DNA of 35,718 nucleotides. It comes from Clostridia bacterium. GTDB taxonomy: Bacteria; Bacillota; Clostridia; Christensenellales; CAG-138. Under the pieces are notes generated by a model, which searched no databases, was not told the origin of the DNA, and saw only the letters and a program-made list of their open reading frames with translations. The stretch lies in assembly GCA_017393775.1 (NCBI GenBank), contig JAFOQN010000064.1, forward strand, positions 1 through 35,718, written 5' to 3'. The position numbers were made by a program, and so were the translations under genes. Below are positions 1 to 9,242 of this stretch, in pieces; within the stretch, counting starts at the first letter, position 1, and each line of letters begins with the position of its first letter.

Positions 1-242
1 ATTTCATCCGGCGTAATCTTCCTGCCGCTTCCCAGCCAGGCTGCCGCAAAGACATAAGCAAAATACGCGTTGGTGGCCATAGGATTACCGGGGCCGAGAT
101 CGTCCGCTCGTGACAAGAGTCTTTTGTATTCCTTCTTGCCTTCCCGGATCGACTGCTCCGCAAGAGACGCACTAAATCTTTGCCGAATACTCTTTTTTAT
201 CATCGGTGCGAACAGCGACCAGTATATTCCGACGTATTTCAT
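1..242 (-). CDS. ATC-hydrolase (L-2-amino-thiazoline-4-carboxylic acid hydrolase) family protein, N-terminal part, runs off the window
   Basis: Hand translation from ATG at 242 (SD GGAGGAG) gives MKYVGIYWSLFAPMIKKSIRQRFSASLAEQSIREGKKEYKRLLSRADDLGPGNPM. It resembles the N-termini of the 3303-3950 and 3953-4576 paralogs (W.LF...K...A....K..Y..). Not in the ORF track. Confidence 0.7.
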   Translation of the reverse strand, partial: MKYVGIYWSLFAPMIKKSIRQRFSASLAEQSIREGKKEYKRLLSRADDLGPGNPMATNAYFAYVFAAAWLGSGRKITPDE

Positions 243-261
243 AGCTCCTCCCGCCCCCGTT

Positions 262-975
262 CTATTTCTTCACGCTGACCCAAAGGCCATTATCCGCCTT
301 TTTCAGTGCATACTCCGTTGCCATGGGATTCTTGTCGCCTACGATGCAGTAATCACAGCAGTCGGAGGTCACGCAGGTCCCTTCCCGGATCAAAGCCGCG
401 TGGATCGCCTGCATCGCCAGATGGTCGCAGTTGCACAGGACCGGCAGCACGTCCTCCATGTGATGGCGTTTCGCAAACTCTGCGTTCGGGCATTGGGTAA
501 AACTGTAGCGAATGATGCCGTTCTCCTTGTCGTAAGAGCAACTGCCCATTCGGAAGGACTCCGGGAACTTTTTGATCTCCTCGACCCGGATATCGTTGGC
601 TTTCTGAAAGATCTTACCGGCGAGTTTGTTGTCCGGCTTTCGATTCAGATCGAATAATTTGCCCATCAGCTCAAACGATCCGAAAAAGCTCTGATAGATG
701 TCCTGCTGCACTTCCTCCAACGGAGGCTTCTCCGGAATGACCGCGTACCAGGCAAAGATCAGGATCGGGTCGTAAATGCTGGTCGTGATCTTCAGATCCT
801 TCAGCGCCGGCTCGTCCTTTAAGTATTCGCAGTATTGAAGCTGTGCCTTCTCCCAGAGCCTGGCAGCCGTTTTTTCATCGTAATAGCGCTTCAGAAGCTT
901 CTGCACGCACTTTTTGGCGTTCTTTGAGTATGCCTTGTGCTTTGTCCGGTCGATCGGCAGGTCTTTTTCTTTCAT
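262..975 (-). CDS. ATC-hydrolase family protein (V4R/HNOX-like fold, Cys-rich C-terminus)
   Basis: Motifs FTQCPNAEF...LCNCDH...TCVTSDCCDYCI. Start moved to ATG 975 after SD AAGGAG. Confidence 0.8.
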   Translation of the reverse strand: MKEKDLPIDRTKHKAYSKNAKKCVQKLLKRYYDEKTAARLWEKAQLQYCEYLKDEPALKDLKITTSIYDPILIFAWYAVIPEKPPLEEVQQDIYQSFFGSFELMGKLFDLNRKPDNKLAGKIFQKANDIRVEEIKKFPESFRMGSCSYDKENGIIRYSFTQCPNAEFAKRHHMEDVLPVLCNCDHLAMQAIHAALIREGTCVTSDCCDYCIVGDKNPMATEYALKKADNGLWVSVKK

Positions 976-989
976 GTCCCGAAACTCCT

Positions 990-1670
990 TTACTTCTTGC
1001 AGCAGAAGCATCCGATTCCTTCCACCGCTGTGACTTCTGCCTCCGTATACAACGAGGAAAGCCGGGTCTGAAGGCTCTCTTTTGTCTCATAAGGCGGGGT
1101 GAAAAAGCCTTTCGGCTGGTAGAGATGCCTTATGAACCAATCCGTTCTCTTATGACCGCCCTGCACATAAAAGCAGCCGCAGAAGGTTCCACCCGGTTTC
1201 AGCACGCGGTAGGTTTCACGGTAAGCAGTCTCCTTGTCCGGGAAGGCGTGAAAGCCGTTCAGGGACAGCACGATATCGAAACTTTCATCTTCAAAAGGTA
1301 ATGCGCCGACGTCGCCCTGCAGGAAGGTGATATTCGTGAGGCTGAGTGCTTTCGCCTTTTCCTGCGCGGAAGCCATCATATTCTCCGAATAATCCAGGCA
1401 GGTGATGTCCGCGTCCGGAAGGTCCCGGTAGACCGGCATGGTCAACACGCCCGTCCCCACAGGGACTTCTAAAAGCTTTCCGGAGAAATTCTCCGGGATC
1501 CCCGACAGCGCCTTCTCCAGATACCGGAGATTTTTCTCGCCGTCCATGTTCCAGACGATCCGGCAGATTGCCTTGCCGGGGAGCGTGGAATACGTCATCA
1601 TCCCGTCATAGAAGGAGGCATTGCTGCCCGTAAGCTTATAGGCGCTTTTGATCTGTTCTTTTCCGGTCAT
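990..1670 (-). CDS. Class I SAM-dependent methyltransferase (UbiE-like)
   Basis: Motifs LEVPVGTG, CLDYS, GDVGALPFEDESFD, RVLKPGG. Confidence 0.9.
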   Translation of the reverse strand: MTGKEQIKSAYKLTGSNASFYDGMMTYSTLPGKAICRIVWNMDGEKNLRYLEKALSGIPENFSGKLLEVPVGTGVLTMPVYRDLPDADITCLDYSENMMASAQEKAKALSLTNITFLQGDVGALPFEDESFDIVLSLNGFHAFPDKETAYRETYRVLKPGGTFCGCFYVQGGHKRTDWFIRHLYQPKGFFTPPYETKESLQTRLSSLYTEAEVTAVEGIGCFCCKK

Positions 1671-1674
1671 TTGC

Positions 1675-2508
1675 TTATCCTCCGAAGACGATCTTTACGA
1701 TCTTCATCCTGACAAGCCCGTCACAGAAACGGATCATCAGCTTGTGGAACGCGCCGACACTGTTGTAAATATCCCGATAACCGCGCATGTAGCTTTTGGC
1801 AGTAACGGAAGCGAAGTGATCACTCCATCCTGCAAGCTCGGATTCATCCTCCAGGGAGAAGAAAGCACTTACGTCAGTGATCCCGGCTTCCTTCAGCCAG
1901 GTCTTGCGCATCAGCTTCGCACCGCGCTCGTTGCAGGAATCAAAGGCAAGCACGCCTCCGGGAAAATGCTCTGCCATCGCCTGAAACAGCTTTTTCACAT
2001 CCGCTGTCCTGAAATAATAGAAAACCCCCGCTGCAAAGAAGACTGCCCCGTCCGATGCGTCGATTTCATCCATCCATGAATAATCATTCAAATCACAGGC
2101 AAGATTTATCTCCCGCTCGCCCGCAGGAAGAAGCTCGTTTCGAACCTTAATCACATCCGGCAGATCAATGTTATAGCCCTTGCATTGCCCGTTATTGACC
2201 TTTGAAAAAGTATCGTCCAGACCGCAGCCGAGATTCACGACCGCAGCTTTCGGACTGTCTTTCAGATAGGCCTCGACTTCACAGCGAAGGTCATACTGCC
2301 GCTGTGCGACCTCAAGCGCGCCGAAGAGACCGGCGGCGGATTCCATTTTCTTTCGTTTCTCCGCAAAGTCGTAGTCCAGGCTGTCGCAGATGCGTTTCGC
2401 TTCCGGATCGGAAAACAGTTCCGGAAAATGCTCAGAGCAGACGAGCCGCCCGAACAGCGGAATGATCAGCGTTTCCTGCACCGTGTTTTTTTCAATGTGA
2501 TACTTCAT
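1675..2508 (-). CDS. Class I SAM-dependent O-methyltransferase (LCM/TcmP-like)
   Basis: VQETLIIPL N-terminus, VVNLGCGLD, NIDLPDVI, AGVFYYF. Confidence 0.88.
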   Translation of the reverse strand: MKYHIEKNTVQETLIIPLFGRLVCSEHFPELFSDPEAKRICDSLDYDFAEKRKKMESAAGLFGALEVAQRQYDLRCEVEAYLKDSPKAAVVNLGCGLDDTFSKVNNGQCKGYNIDLPDVIKVRNELLPAGEREINLACDLNDYSWMDEIDASDGAVFFAAGVFYYFRTADVKKLFQAMAEHFPGGVLAFDSCNERGAKLMRKTWLKEAGITDVSAFFSLEDESELAGWSDHFASVTAKSYMRGYRDIYNSVGAFHKLMIRFCDGLVRMKIVKIVFGG

Positions 2509-2517
2509 CCTTCCTCC

Positions 2518-3306
2518 TTATCCCAGCGCAACATCGAGCGCCATCATGATACTGAAACCGACCGCAAAAAACAGAACGCCGATATTGGAATGCTTTCCGG
2601 ACGACATCTCCGGGATCAATTCCTCCACGACCACATACAGCATTGCGCCTGCCGCAAACGACAGAAGATACGGCATCGCGGGAACCACCAGACTTGCGAT
2701 CAACACGGTCAACGCCCCGAAGATCGGTTCCACCGCACCGGACAGTACGCCGAGCCATAACGATTTCAGCTTGCTTTTTCCCTCGGCAAAAAGCGGCATG
2801 GAAACGATCGCGCCCTCCGGAAAGTTCTGGATCGCAATGCCGAGCGCAAGCGCAAGCGCTCCGCCCGCGGTGATATTGGCGGAACCCGAAAGCAGTCCGG
2901 CATAGACGACGCCGACCGCCATGCCCTCGGGGATGTTGTGCAGCGTCACGGCAAGCACCATCATCATGGTCCGGTCAAGCTTCGTTTTCGGTCCCTCGGT
3001 CTGCTCTGCCCTGTCGATGCTTCTGTGCAGATGCGGGATCACATGATCCAGCAAAAGCAGAAACAGAATGCCCGCCCAAAACCCGAGAAACGCCGGTAGA
3101 AAAGCCCACCTTCCCTTTTCTGCAGATTGTTCGATTGCGGGAACGATCAGACTCCAGATCGAAGCCGCCACCATCACGCCTGCAGCGAATCCCGTCAGCG
3201 CGCGCTGTATCCCGGTTTTGAGATCCTTTTTCAGAAAAAGTACGCACGCAGATCCGAAAGCCGTTCCGAAGAACGGGATCAGAAGTCCCCAAACAACCGT
3301 TTTCAT
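2518..3306 (-). CDS. ZIP (ZupT/GufA) family metal transporter
   Basis: GFAAGVM, LHNIPEG, IQNFPEG, SGAVEP, VEELIPE motifs. ATG 3306 overlaps the upstream stop (ATGA). Confidence 0.92.
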   Translation of the reverse strand: MKTVVWGLLIPFFGTAFGSACVLFLKKDLKTGIQRALTGFAAGVMVAASIWSLIVPAIEQSAEKGRWAFLPAFLGFWAGILFLLLLDHVIPHLHRSIDRAEQTEGPKTKLDRTMMMVLAVTLHNIPEGMAVGVVYAGLLSGSANITAGGALALALGIAIQNFPEGAIVSMPLFAEGKSKLKSLWLGVLSGAVEPIFGALTVLIASLVVPAMPYLLSFAAGAMLYVVVEELIPEMSSGKHSNIGVLFFAVGFSIMMALDVALG

Positions 3307-3950
3307 ACCTGTTTCAACAACCCTTTCTTCCGATATCCGCAATCGCAATAGGGTCCGCCGGAGGCAAGTGTGTATTGCCGCACAAAATCCGACGCGCCGC
3401 CCGCTTCGCTCATGGTGTAATCCAGTCGGCACATGGCGGGTACATACTCAAAAAGCCCCAATTCTTTCATCAGCGTACAGATGCCGCAGGTCGTAAATCG
3501 CGCTTCATAGCCGCTCCCGTCCGGATAGGGAAGATATTCCATGTTCCAGGAATAGGGGTTCCGGTCTGCCGCACGAAGAGCGGCGGTGCCCTTCATCCCC
3601 TGAAGATCCTTTTCGCTGAACTTCTTCTTTCCGCTCATCCGGCAGAACCACTTCATGGGAGCGGTCATCATGGATGCCCGATAGTACTCCGTTGTCTTTT
3701 CCACCGTCGGTCTTTCCGGCAGACTCAAAAGAAAAGAGGAGAGCATCGCACAATTGACAATGTTCATTTTGAATCGGTCTGCCTTCTCAAATTCCGGAAG
3801 GCGGCCGATGATCTCTTTATATTTCGGCTTTGCTTTTTCAGCGATTGCATTCGCCGTTTCAGGATTATATCCGTAAACTGACGATAAATGCTTCCGAAAC
3901 GATCCTCCAAACAGCGCCCACATGCCCCAGGGCATTCCCATGTATCTCAT
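3303..3950 (-). CDS. ATC-hydrolase family protein
   Basis: FTTCGIC...MCRLDY...TLASGGPYCDC motif set. Confidence 0.85.
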   Translation of the reverse strand: MRYMGMPWGMWALFGGSFRKHLSSVYGYNPETANAIAEKAKPKYKEIIGRLPEFEKADRFKMNIVNCAMLSSFLLSLPERPTVEKTTEYYRASMMTAPMKWFCRMSGKKKFSEKDLQGMKGTAALRAADRNPYSWNMEYLPYPDGSGYEARFTTCGICTLMKELGLFEYVPAMCRLDYTMSEAGGASDFVRQYTLASGGPYCDCGYRKKGLLKQV

Positions 3951-3952
3951 GA

Positions 3953-4576
3953 TCAGCCGCCTTTCACCACATGGAAGTCGCAGCAGTCTCCGCCGGCGCC
4001 CAGGGTCTTGGTCCGCAGGAGCTTCCCGCCCTTATACTCGATGGTCGGATAGTCCATCACGCACATATGGGGCGTCAGAAACATCAGGTTTTCCTGCTGC
4101 CCGATCTTGCAGACGCCGCATTCCCGGTGGGTCACATAGTATTCGGGCACCGACAGGTCGTAGGAAAAATCGAAGACCCAGTCCATTGGATATTCGCGCT
4201 TCTTCGAGCGCTCTGAACCGCGGACATATTTGTCGATCTCTTTCTGATCAAAGCAGTTCTTACCCTGATAGAAGCGCTTCATCATGTCACTTTTGCAAAG
4301 GGCATCGATCATGCCGTCGAAAACGTCCATCGTGATATGCTCGGGATCCGCCTTGTAATAAGAGAATCCATAGCAGGCCATATACATCACTGCTGCGAAC
4401 ATATTGTCCTTCATTGAACCGACGGAGGGCGTTCTTTTCACCATCGCTTCGTACTCTTTTTTGTGCTTCTTCTGAAACGCCCGCATGTCCAGTCCCGGGA
4501 CAGCCTTCGCCGTATATTCATAGACCGTCTTGCGGAACATGAGGGGGAACAGCGTTCCGATGATGCCAAGTTTCAT
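3953..4576 (-). CDS. ATC-hydrolase family protein
   Basis: ECGVC...MCVMDY...RTKTLGAGGDCCDF motif set. SD AAGGAG. Confidence 0.85.
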   Translation of the reverse strand: MKLGIIGTLFPLMFRKTVYEYTAKAVPGLDMRAFQKKHKKEYEAMVKRTPSVGSMKDNMFAAVMYMACYGFSYYKADPEHITMDVFDGMIDALCKSDMMKRFYQGKNCFDQKEIDKYVRGSERSKKREYPMDWVFDFSYDLSVPEYYVTHRECGVCKIGQQENLMFLTPHMCVMDYPTIEYKGGKLLRTKTLGAGGDCCDFHVVKGG

Positions 4577-4592
4577 TTTGGTTTCTCCTTCC

Positions 4593-5090
4593 TCATTTCA
4601 GGATCAGTGCCATGATCCCGGAGAGAATGGCGGCAAGAAGCGCCATCCCTGCGGTCCCCATGATCCATTTTTTCTTTTTGTCTTCTGCCGTGATATACGG
4701 TCTTAAATCTTCCGTACCCGGGATGATCCAGGCTTTCGTGTGTCCTACCCAGTACTCGTCTATCAAAAAACGGTCGATCAGATTCATAATGAACAGGATC
4801 ACAAAGCCTTGCCAGAAACCCGGCCAAAAGCCCCGAGCACCGTTTATCAGGTAAACGCAAATAAGCACATAGATCAGATACCCCGGAAGGCACAGGCTTC
4901 TGAAAAGGGAACTCCGTTTCCGGATCGCCTCCGCGGTCGTCAGACCAAGCTCGATGACGCGCTCCTGTACCTTTTGATCGTACAGATGGACCATGCCGAC
5001 GGCACCATTACGAATGCCGATCGCACAGATCAGATACTACAGCAAAAAGCCCAGTCCGAATCCTTCTGCGATCAGTTTGATTGCCAACAT
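4593..5090 (-). pseudogene. 4-TM membrane protein interrupted by an in-frame TAG at codon 18
   Basis: ATG 5090 after SD GAGGA reads MLAIKLIAEGFGLGFLL*YLICAIGIRNGAVGMVHLY. The TAG is at 5037-5039 and the frame continues into ORF 4593-4994. Confidence 0.75.
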
Positions 5091-5111
5091 ATTCGTTCCT
5101 CTGATATCGCC

Positions 5112-5618
5112 CTATCGAATCAATGTCACAAGCCACCCCACCAGAGCAGCGGGAATCAGTGCGAAGATGATGCCGGGAAACAGCATGCCCTTCGCGTGGA
5201 ACCACTTCTGGTGATAGGCTTTGTCCATATGCTCGGTGCCCTCCAGCCGGAACATGGGGAGATTGGCAAACAGCACCCAATCAAGGAAACAGGTGTCATA
5301 GATGCCGATCCATGCCATCAGGCCGAAAGTGAGTAAAAAGCCCTGCCAGAAGGTTTTCGCCCCGGCAATCAGGGAGCAGACCAGCAGAATACCGGTGAAA
5401 AGCAGCACGCCGAAGCTTTTGGTCAGGATCACTTTTTTTGACTTGTAGCTTACATCGACCCGCTCATGTGTTTTAAAGTATTCCTCTTGAATATCAGGCG
5501 GATAGTTATGAATCGCCGCAGGAGAGTGCTTCCTATCGCCGCTGGCTCCAAAGAAAACGATTGCTGTAAAGATCGCCGAAAAGGCGGCCATTTCGATCAG
5601 GATAACCCAGATACTCAT
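5112..5618 (-). CDS. 4-TM membrane protein of unknown function
   Basis: Hydrophobic helices, HNYPPDIQE and FWQGF...YDTCFLDW motifs, SD GGAGG. Confidence 0.8.
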   Translation of the reverse strand: MSIWVILIEMAAFSAIFTAIVFFGASGDRKHSPAAIHNYPPDIQEEYFKTHERVDVSYKSKKVILTKSFGVLLFTGILLVCSLIAGAKTFWQGFLLTFGLMAWIGIYDTCFLDWVLFANLPMFRLEGTEHMDKAYHQKWFHAKGMLFPGIIFALIPAALVGWLVTLIR

Positions 5619-5642
5619 GTTTAGACCTCCGTATCAATACTT

Positions 5643-6140
5643 TCAAAACAGGGTGCAGATCCACGCTGCCAGCGCCGAAACCGCAGGGAAGATCACACAC
5701 AGTTTGAGCAGTTGGCTCACAATGTTGAAGCCGTACTTTCTTCCCTCCATCACATGTGCCGCCTCGGGGTAATAATGCTGGAAGAAGTGGAACTTCAGAA
5801 GCAGGAAGTTGTCGATGAGGGTCATATCGCAGATCTTATAGATCGTGAAGATCAGCACGAATCGCAAAAAGAACTGCCAGAATGTAAATCCGCTTCTGAA
5901 GCCGTCCCAGATGGCGATCACTCCTACGCCGAGGATCATCATAACGCTGATGATAAACAGGGTCCATCCGATTGCCCGGGCCCCGTAGAAGAGTTCCTGC
6001 TCTCGCTGGATCAGCACTTCTCTCGCTTCCTTCGGAGCAGAAGAAAAGAATTTATTATCCTGAATAAACGCCACGCAGGATATCAGCATCAAAGCCATCG
6101 CCGCGCAGAATACGATTGCCAGAAAAATTGTCAACAGCAT
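5643..6140 (-). CDS. 4-TM membrane protein of unknown function
   Basis: Hydrophobic helices with FWQFF...CDMTLIDN. Related to the two downstream genes. Confidence 0.8.
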   Translation of the reverse strand: MLLTIFLAIVFCAAMALMLISCVAFIQDNKFFSSAPKEAREVLIQREQELFYGARAIGWTLFIISVMMILGVGVIAIWDGFRSGFTFWQFFLRFVLIFTIYKICDMTLIDNFLLLKFHFFQHYYPEAAHVMEGRKYGFNIVSQLLKLCVIFPAVSALAAWICTLF

Positions 6141-6179
6141 AAAGCCTCATTCCCCCCTTTTCTCGAGATCCATAGCTTT

Positions 6180-7097
6180 TTATGGCGCCGTGTGCTCCTT
6201 CACCTTGCGGATCATCATGTCCCAGCCGTCCCTGCCCTCTTGGCAGATGGGGAAAACCGGATAGCAGTGGAACATGCCCTCGCCGACGATCATCTCATAC
6301 TGCGCGCCATATCGCTGCATGGCGGCTTCGAAACTGGGCGCACAGGCGTACAGCGTTTCGTCGGAGCCGTAGATAAAGGTCACAAAGGGACAGTTTTGGA
6401 AGTTGCCCTTTTGCAGCCAGATCATATACTCCGGCACGCTGTCATCCCCGTGGCGCATGATCTCCACCGCCGTCTTCATGTACTGGGCGGGAATCGCCAC
6501 GTCCTTTTTGTCCAGCTCCAGCATCCGCTCCCATTCCACCTGGGAGGCGACGCAGGTTCCCGGCGAAATGGTCATGATATATCCGGGCATGGGTGTATCC
6601 GGCGCAGCTTCGTTGATGTACGGCACCATGCCCAGCGCCAGATTGCCGCCGGAGGAGGTGCCGAGCACGGAAATATTCTTCGAATCATACGTCTTCAACA
6701 TCTCCCTATACGTCCCATGGATCATCTCATATGCCTTGGTCAGCGGGTAGTCCGTGCAAAGGGGATAATAGGGGACGAACACGTCGAGACCGGTCTCCCT
6801 GGCAAAGCGAAGAGCTTTTTTGACGGAGCCAGGACGGGGCGCAGAGATCATACCTCCGCCGATGATGAAAAGATTGGCCCGATCCGTCCTCTTTTTATGG
6901 ATGAGCTGCAGCACCGGAAAGCCGTTCACCGTGGTTTGGCGGATGTCGAACGCGTCGTCCCGAAGCTTCGGGATTTTGTTCTTTGCGTTTTGCTTTCGGC
7001 GGTTCTCCAGCAGCTCCTCTGTGCTCACGGAAAGCCAGCGCTTCTTGATGTTCACCGCCTTGACCAGTCGCTTCAGAATTTCATATTGTAAAGACAT
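6180..7097 (-). CDS. Alpha/beta hydrolase (HSL-like esterase)
   Basis: IIGGG oxyanion motif, GTSSGG nucleophile elbow, C-terminal GEGMFHCYP His motif. Confidence 0.88.
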   Translation of the reverse strand: MSLQYEILKRLVKAVNIKKRWLSVSTEELLENRRKQNAKNKIPKLRDDAFDIRQTTVNGFPVLQLIHKKRTDRANLFIIGGGMISAPRPGSVKKALRFARETGLDVFVPYYPLCTDYPLTKAYEMIHGTYREMLKTYDSKNISVLGTSSGGNLALGMVPYINEAAPDTPMPGYIMTISPGTCVASQVEWERMLELDKKDVAIPAQYMKTAVEIMRHGDDSVPEYMIWLQKGNFQNCPFVTFIYGSDETLYACAPSFEAAMQRYGAQYEMIVGEGMFHCYPVFPICQEGRDGWDMMIRKVKEHTAP

Positions 7098-7134
7098 ACC
7101 GCCCCTCCCTTTCCTCGATAGTCCCTCCCGTTTT

Positions 7135-7857
7135 TCATTGCCGTGTCCCCTGTCGCTCCGCTTTTTGAGAAAAGAGCAGCAGCCCCATATACATCCATAG
7201 ATTCCCCCAGCTGATCCATGCTGCGGTCATAGCGTTTCTCAGCGCGGTCTCCGGCAGGAGTTTCAGCAGCATGATCAGGGCCATACCCACCGCCGGACAA
7301 AAGACCCAGCACCATTTCGGATAGGGCGTGAAGCCCCTCGTAAAGGCCGAAATATGAGCCACGTGCTGCACGACCCAGAACAGGAAGAACAGGATCATGG
7401 CCGGCAGCAGGAAGTATGCGCCGAAGCGGACGGACAGGGCAAGCGCCGTTTCGGGGCTGACAAGCGCCATGTGTTTATAGAAGAACACGCAGGCGAGGCA
7501 AGGCACGTGGACGCCGCAGCCGGCAAAAGCCAGGGTGCCAAGGATGCCTGCCCGATAGAGATGGGCGTGCCTTCCGGAGTAAGGCGCGATGAGGCGATAG
7601 AGGGCAAAGTAGCTCAGGGCCTCCAGGGGGATGCCCCAAAAGCCCAGAAATGCGGAAAAGAAGATGCGTCTATCCGAAAGGTCGCGATAGGCGGACAGGA
7701 ATCCTTCCATTCCGGACACGGAAGGATCATGGACGCCCCAGCCCAGGAGCATATCCCCCACCAGCGTCAGACATGCGCCGAAGATGCCGATGCACATGAG
7801 CTTGCGGATGCGGGGCCAATCCAAGGCGCCGCCGATGCCGATGTCGTTATAGCTCAT
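7135..7857 (-). CDS. Multi-TM membrane protein, DUF6796-like
   Basis: About 6 TM helices, LVGDMLLGW, intramembrane His (GCGVHV). Family call from recall. Confidence 0.7.
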   Translation of the reverse strand: MSYNDIGIGGALDWPRIRKLMCIGIFGACLTLVGDMLLGWGVHDPSVSGMEGFLSAYRDLSDRRIFFSAFLGFWGIPLEALSYFALYRLIAPYSGRHAHLYRAGILGTLAFAGCGVHVPCLACVFFYKHMALVSPETALALSVRFGAYFLLPAMILFFLFWVVQHVAHISAFTRGFTPYPKWCWVFCPAVGMALIMLLKLLPETALRNAMTAAWISWGNLWMYMGLLLFSQKAERQGTRQ

Positions 7858-8611
7858 ATTGTGCCTCCCGCAGCTCGCCCTTTCGTTCCATGGCGTTGAG
7901 CAGCACCAGCCCCAGCATCAGCACCAGGGCGTGGCCGAAGGATTCCGTCCCATGATCCAGCTGGTCGATGGGCCAGGGCAGCTGGGCGAAAAGGTTGCCA
8001 ATGACACCGGGCAGCATCATGGGGTTGCAGAAGGTGGCGAGGACCCGTTGGGCCGTGGTCTTCAGGGGGATGCGCCGCGTCCACACCAGCACCAGCATGA
8101 CCACGGTCAGCCCCACGTCGCAGAGGATATAGGATATGAGCATGGGCGCCGCGTTGGCATAGAAGACGCGGTTCGCTATGTCCGCGGCGGTCTGCATGTC
8201 GCCGTAGCTTTGATAGACATATTTGAAGACCAGAGCAACGATCATGAACACGGCATGGACGTAGGCCCAAGCCACCGTGCCGGTCACGTAAGCCACCCGG
8301 AACAGGCGCAACCACTTTTGATCCTTTGGCTGTTTTAGGTGGAGCTTCAACAGGCCATACATCCGATGAAAGCCCATATAATAAAGCATGGTGCCGAAGA
8401 AACCGCAGAGAATGCTCAGCACCATGCGCCAGGTGCCCATCTCGAGATAGGCCACCCGGACCATGAAGCCAAACTGATCCGTACCGACGCGGCCCATGGC
8501 CGGTTCCCTGCCGGTGGCGGCGAACAGGAAGTCCCCGACCACATACAGAAGGCATCCGGCGATGCCCAGCAGAAGCAACCTTTGAGACCGTTCCTTCATC
8601 ATGCGGTTCAT
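7847..8611 (-). CDS. Multi-TM membrane protein, DUF6796-like paralog
   Basis: VVGDFLF and AYVHA motifs parallel the downstream gene. ATG 8611 follows SD AAGGAG. Confidence 0.7.
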   Translation of the reverse strand: MNRMMKERSQRLLLLGIAGCLLYVVGDFLFAATGREPAMGRVGTDQFGFMVRVAYLEMGTWRMVLSILCGFFGTMLYYMGFHRMYGLLKLHLKQPKDQKWLRLFRVAYVTGTVAWAYVHAVFMIVALVFKYVYQSYGDMQTAADIANRVFYANAAPMLISYILCDVGLTVVMLVLVWTRRIPLKTTAQRVLATFCNPMMLPGVIGNLFAQLPWPIDQLDHGTESFGHALVLMLGLVLLNAMERKGELREAQYEL

Positions 8612-8612
8612 G

Positions 8613-9242
8613 TCATTCTCCTTTCGTCGCAAGGATCGCAAGCCAGGGCTTTTGCGGGTGATGCGCCGTCTTCACCTGAGCAAAGCCTGCCGCTTGCAGG
8701 GCGGCTTCCAGCTCTTCGGCGGTATAGGTATGCATGCCGTCGATGATCGTTTCAAACTGCTTTCCGGTTTTGTCCATGCCGTCGGATTCGTTGACGATGA
8801 GGAACCAACCGCCGGGCTTCAGAATGCGGCAGACCTCCGAAAAGCTCTTCACGGGACCCGGCCAGAAGTAGACGGTTTCGAACGCGGTGGCAAGATCGAA
8901 CGTCCCATCCCGGAAAGGGAGCGCGGACACGTCACCCTGCATCGCCGTGCAGCGTCCGGCCCCGATCATGATCCGGTTATATGCCGCAGCTTTTTTCACG
9001 GACAGCTCGGAATAGTCGACCGCCGTCACATGCGCTTTTGGAAACATTTTCAGCAGTTCGCCGGCGTTTCGCCCGCCTCCGCAACCTAAGTCCACCGCAT
9101 TTTCCGGAGTCATTGCAGGCAAATGTGTGAAGCCCCAGTCTGCCAGTTTCGCATGCCCGGAGTTCATCGTACCGAGCATCATTTTTCCCAAGAAACCTTC
9201 CGGCTTCCGCGTTTGACTGAAAAAGTCTTTAGCAATACTCAT
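8613..9242 (-). CDS. Class I SAM-dependent methyltransferase
   Basis: VDLGCGGG, AVDYS, GDVSALPF, AFETVYFW, RILKPGG. Confidence 0.9.
   Translation of the reverse strand: MSIAKDFFSQTRKPEGFLGKMMLGTMNSGHAKLADWGFTHLPAMTPENAVDLGCGGGRNAGELLKMFPKAHVTAVDYSELSVKKAAAYNRIMIGAGRCTAMQGDVSALPFRDGTFDLATAFETVYFWPGPVKSFSEVCRILKPGGWFLIVNESDGMDKTGKQFETIIDGMHTYTAEELEAALQAAGFAQVKTAHHPQKPWLAILATKGE

Noticed and set aside
5712-7091. Long plus-strand ORFs (e.g. 5712-7091, 9363-10088, 16583-17941, 18267-19346, 23827-24912)
   Set aside because: They are antisense shadows of well-supported minus-strand genes in GC-rich DNA, with no RBS or recognisable motifs.
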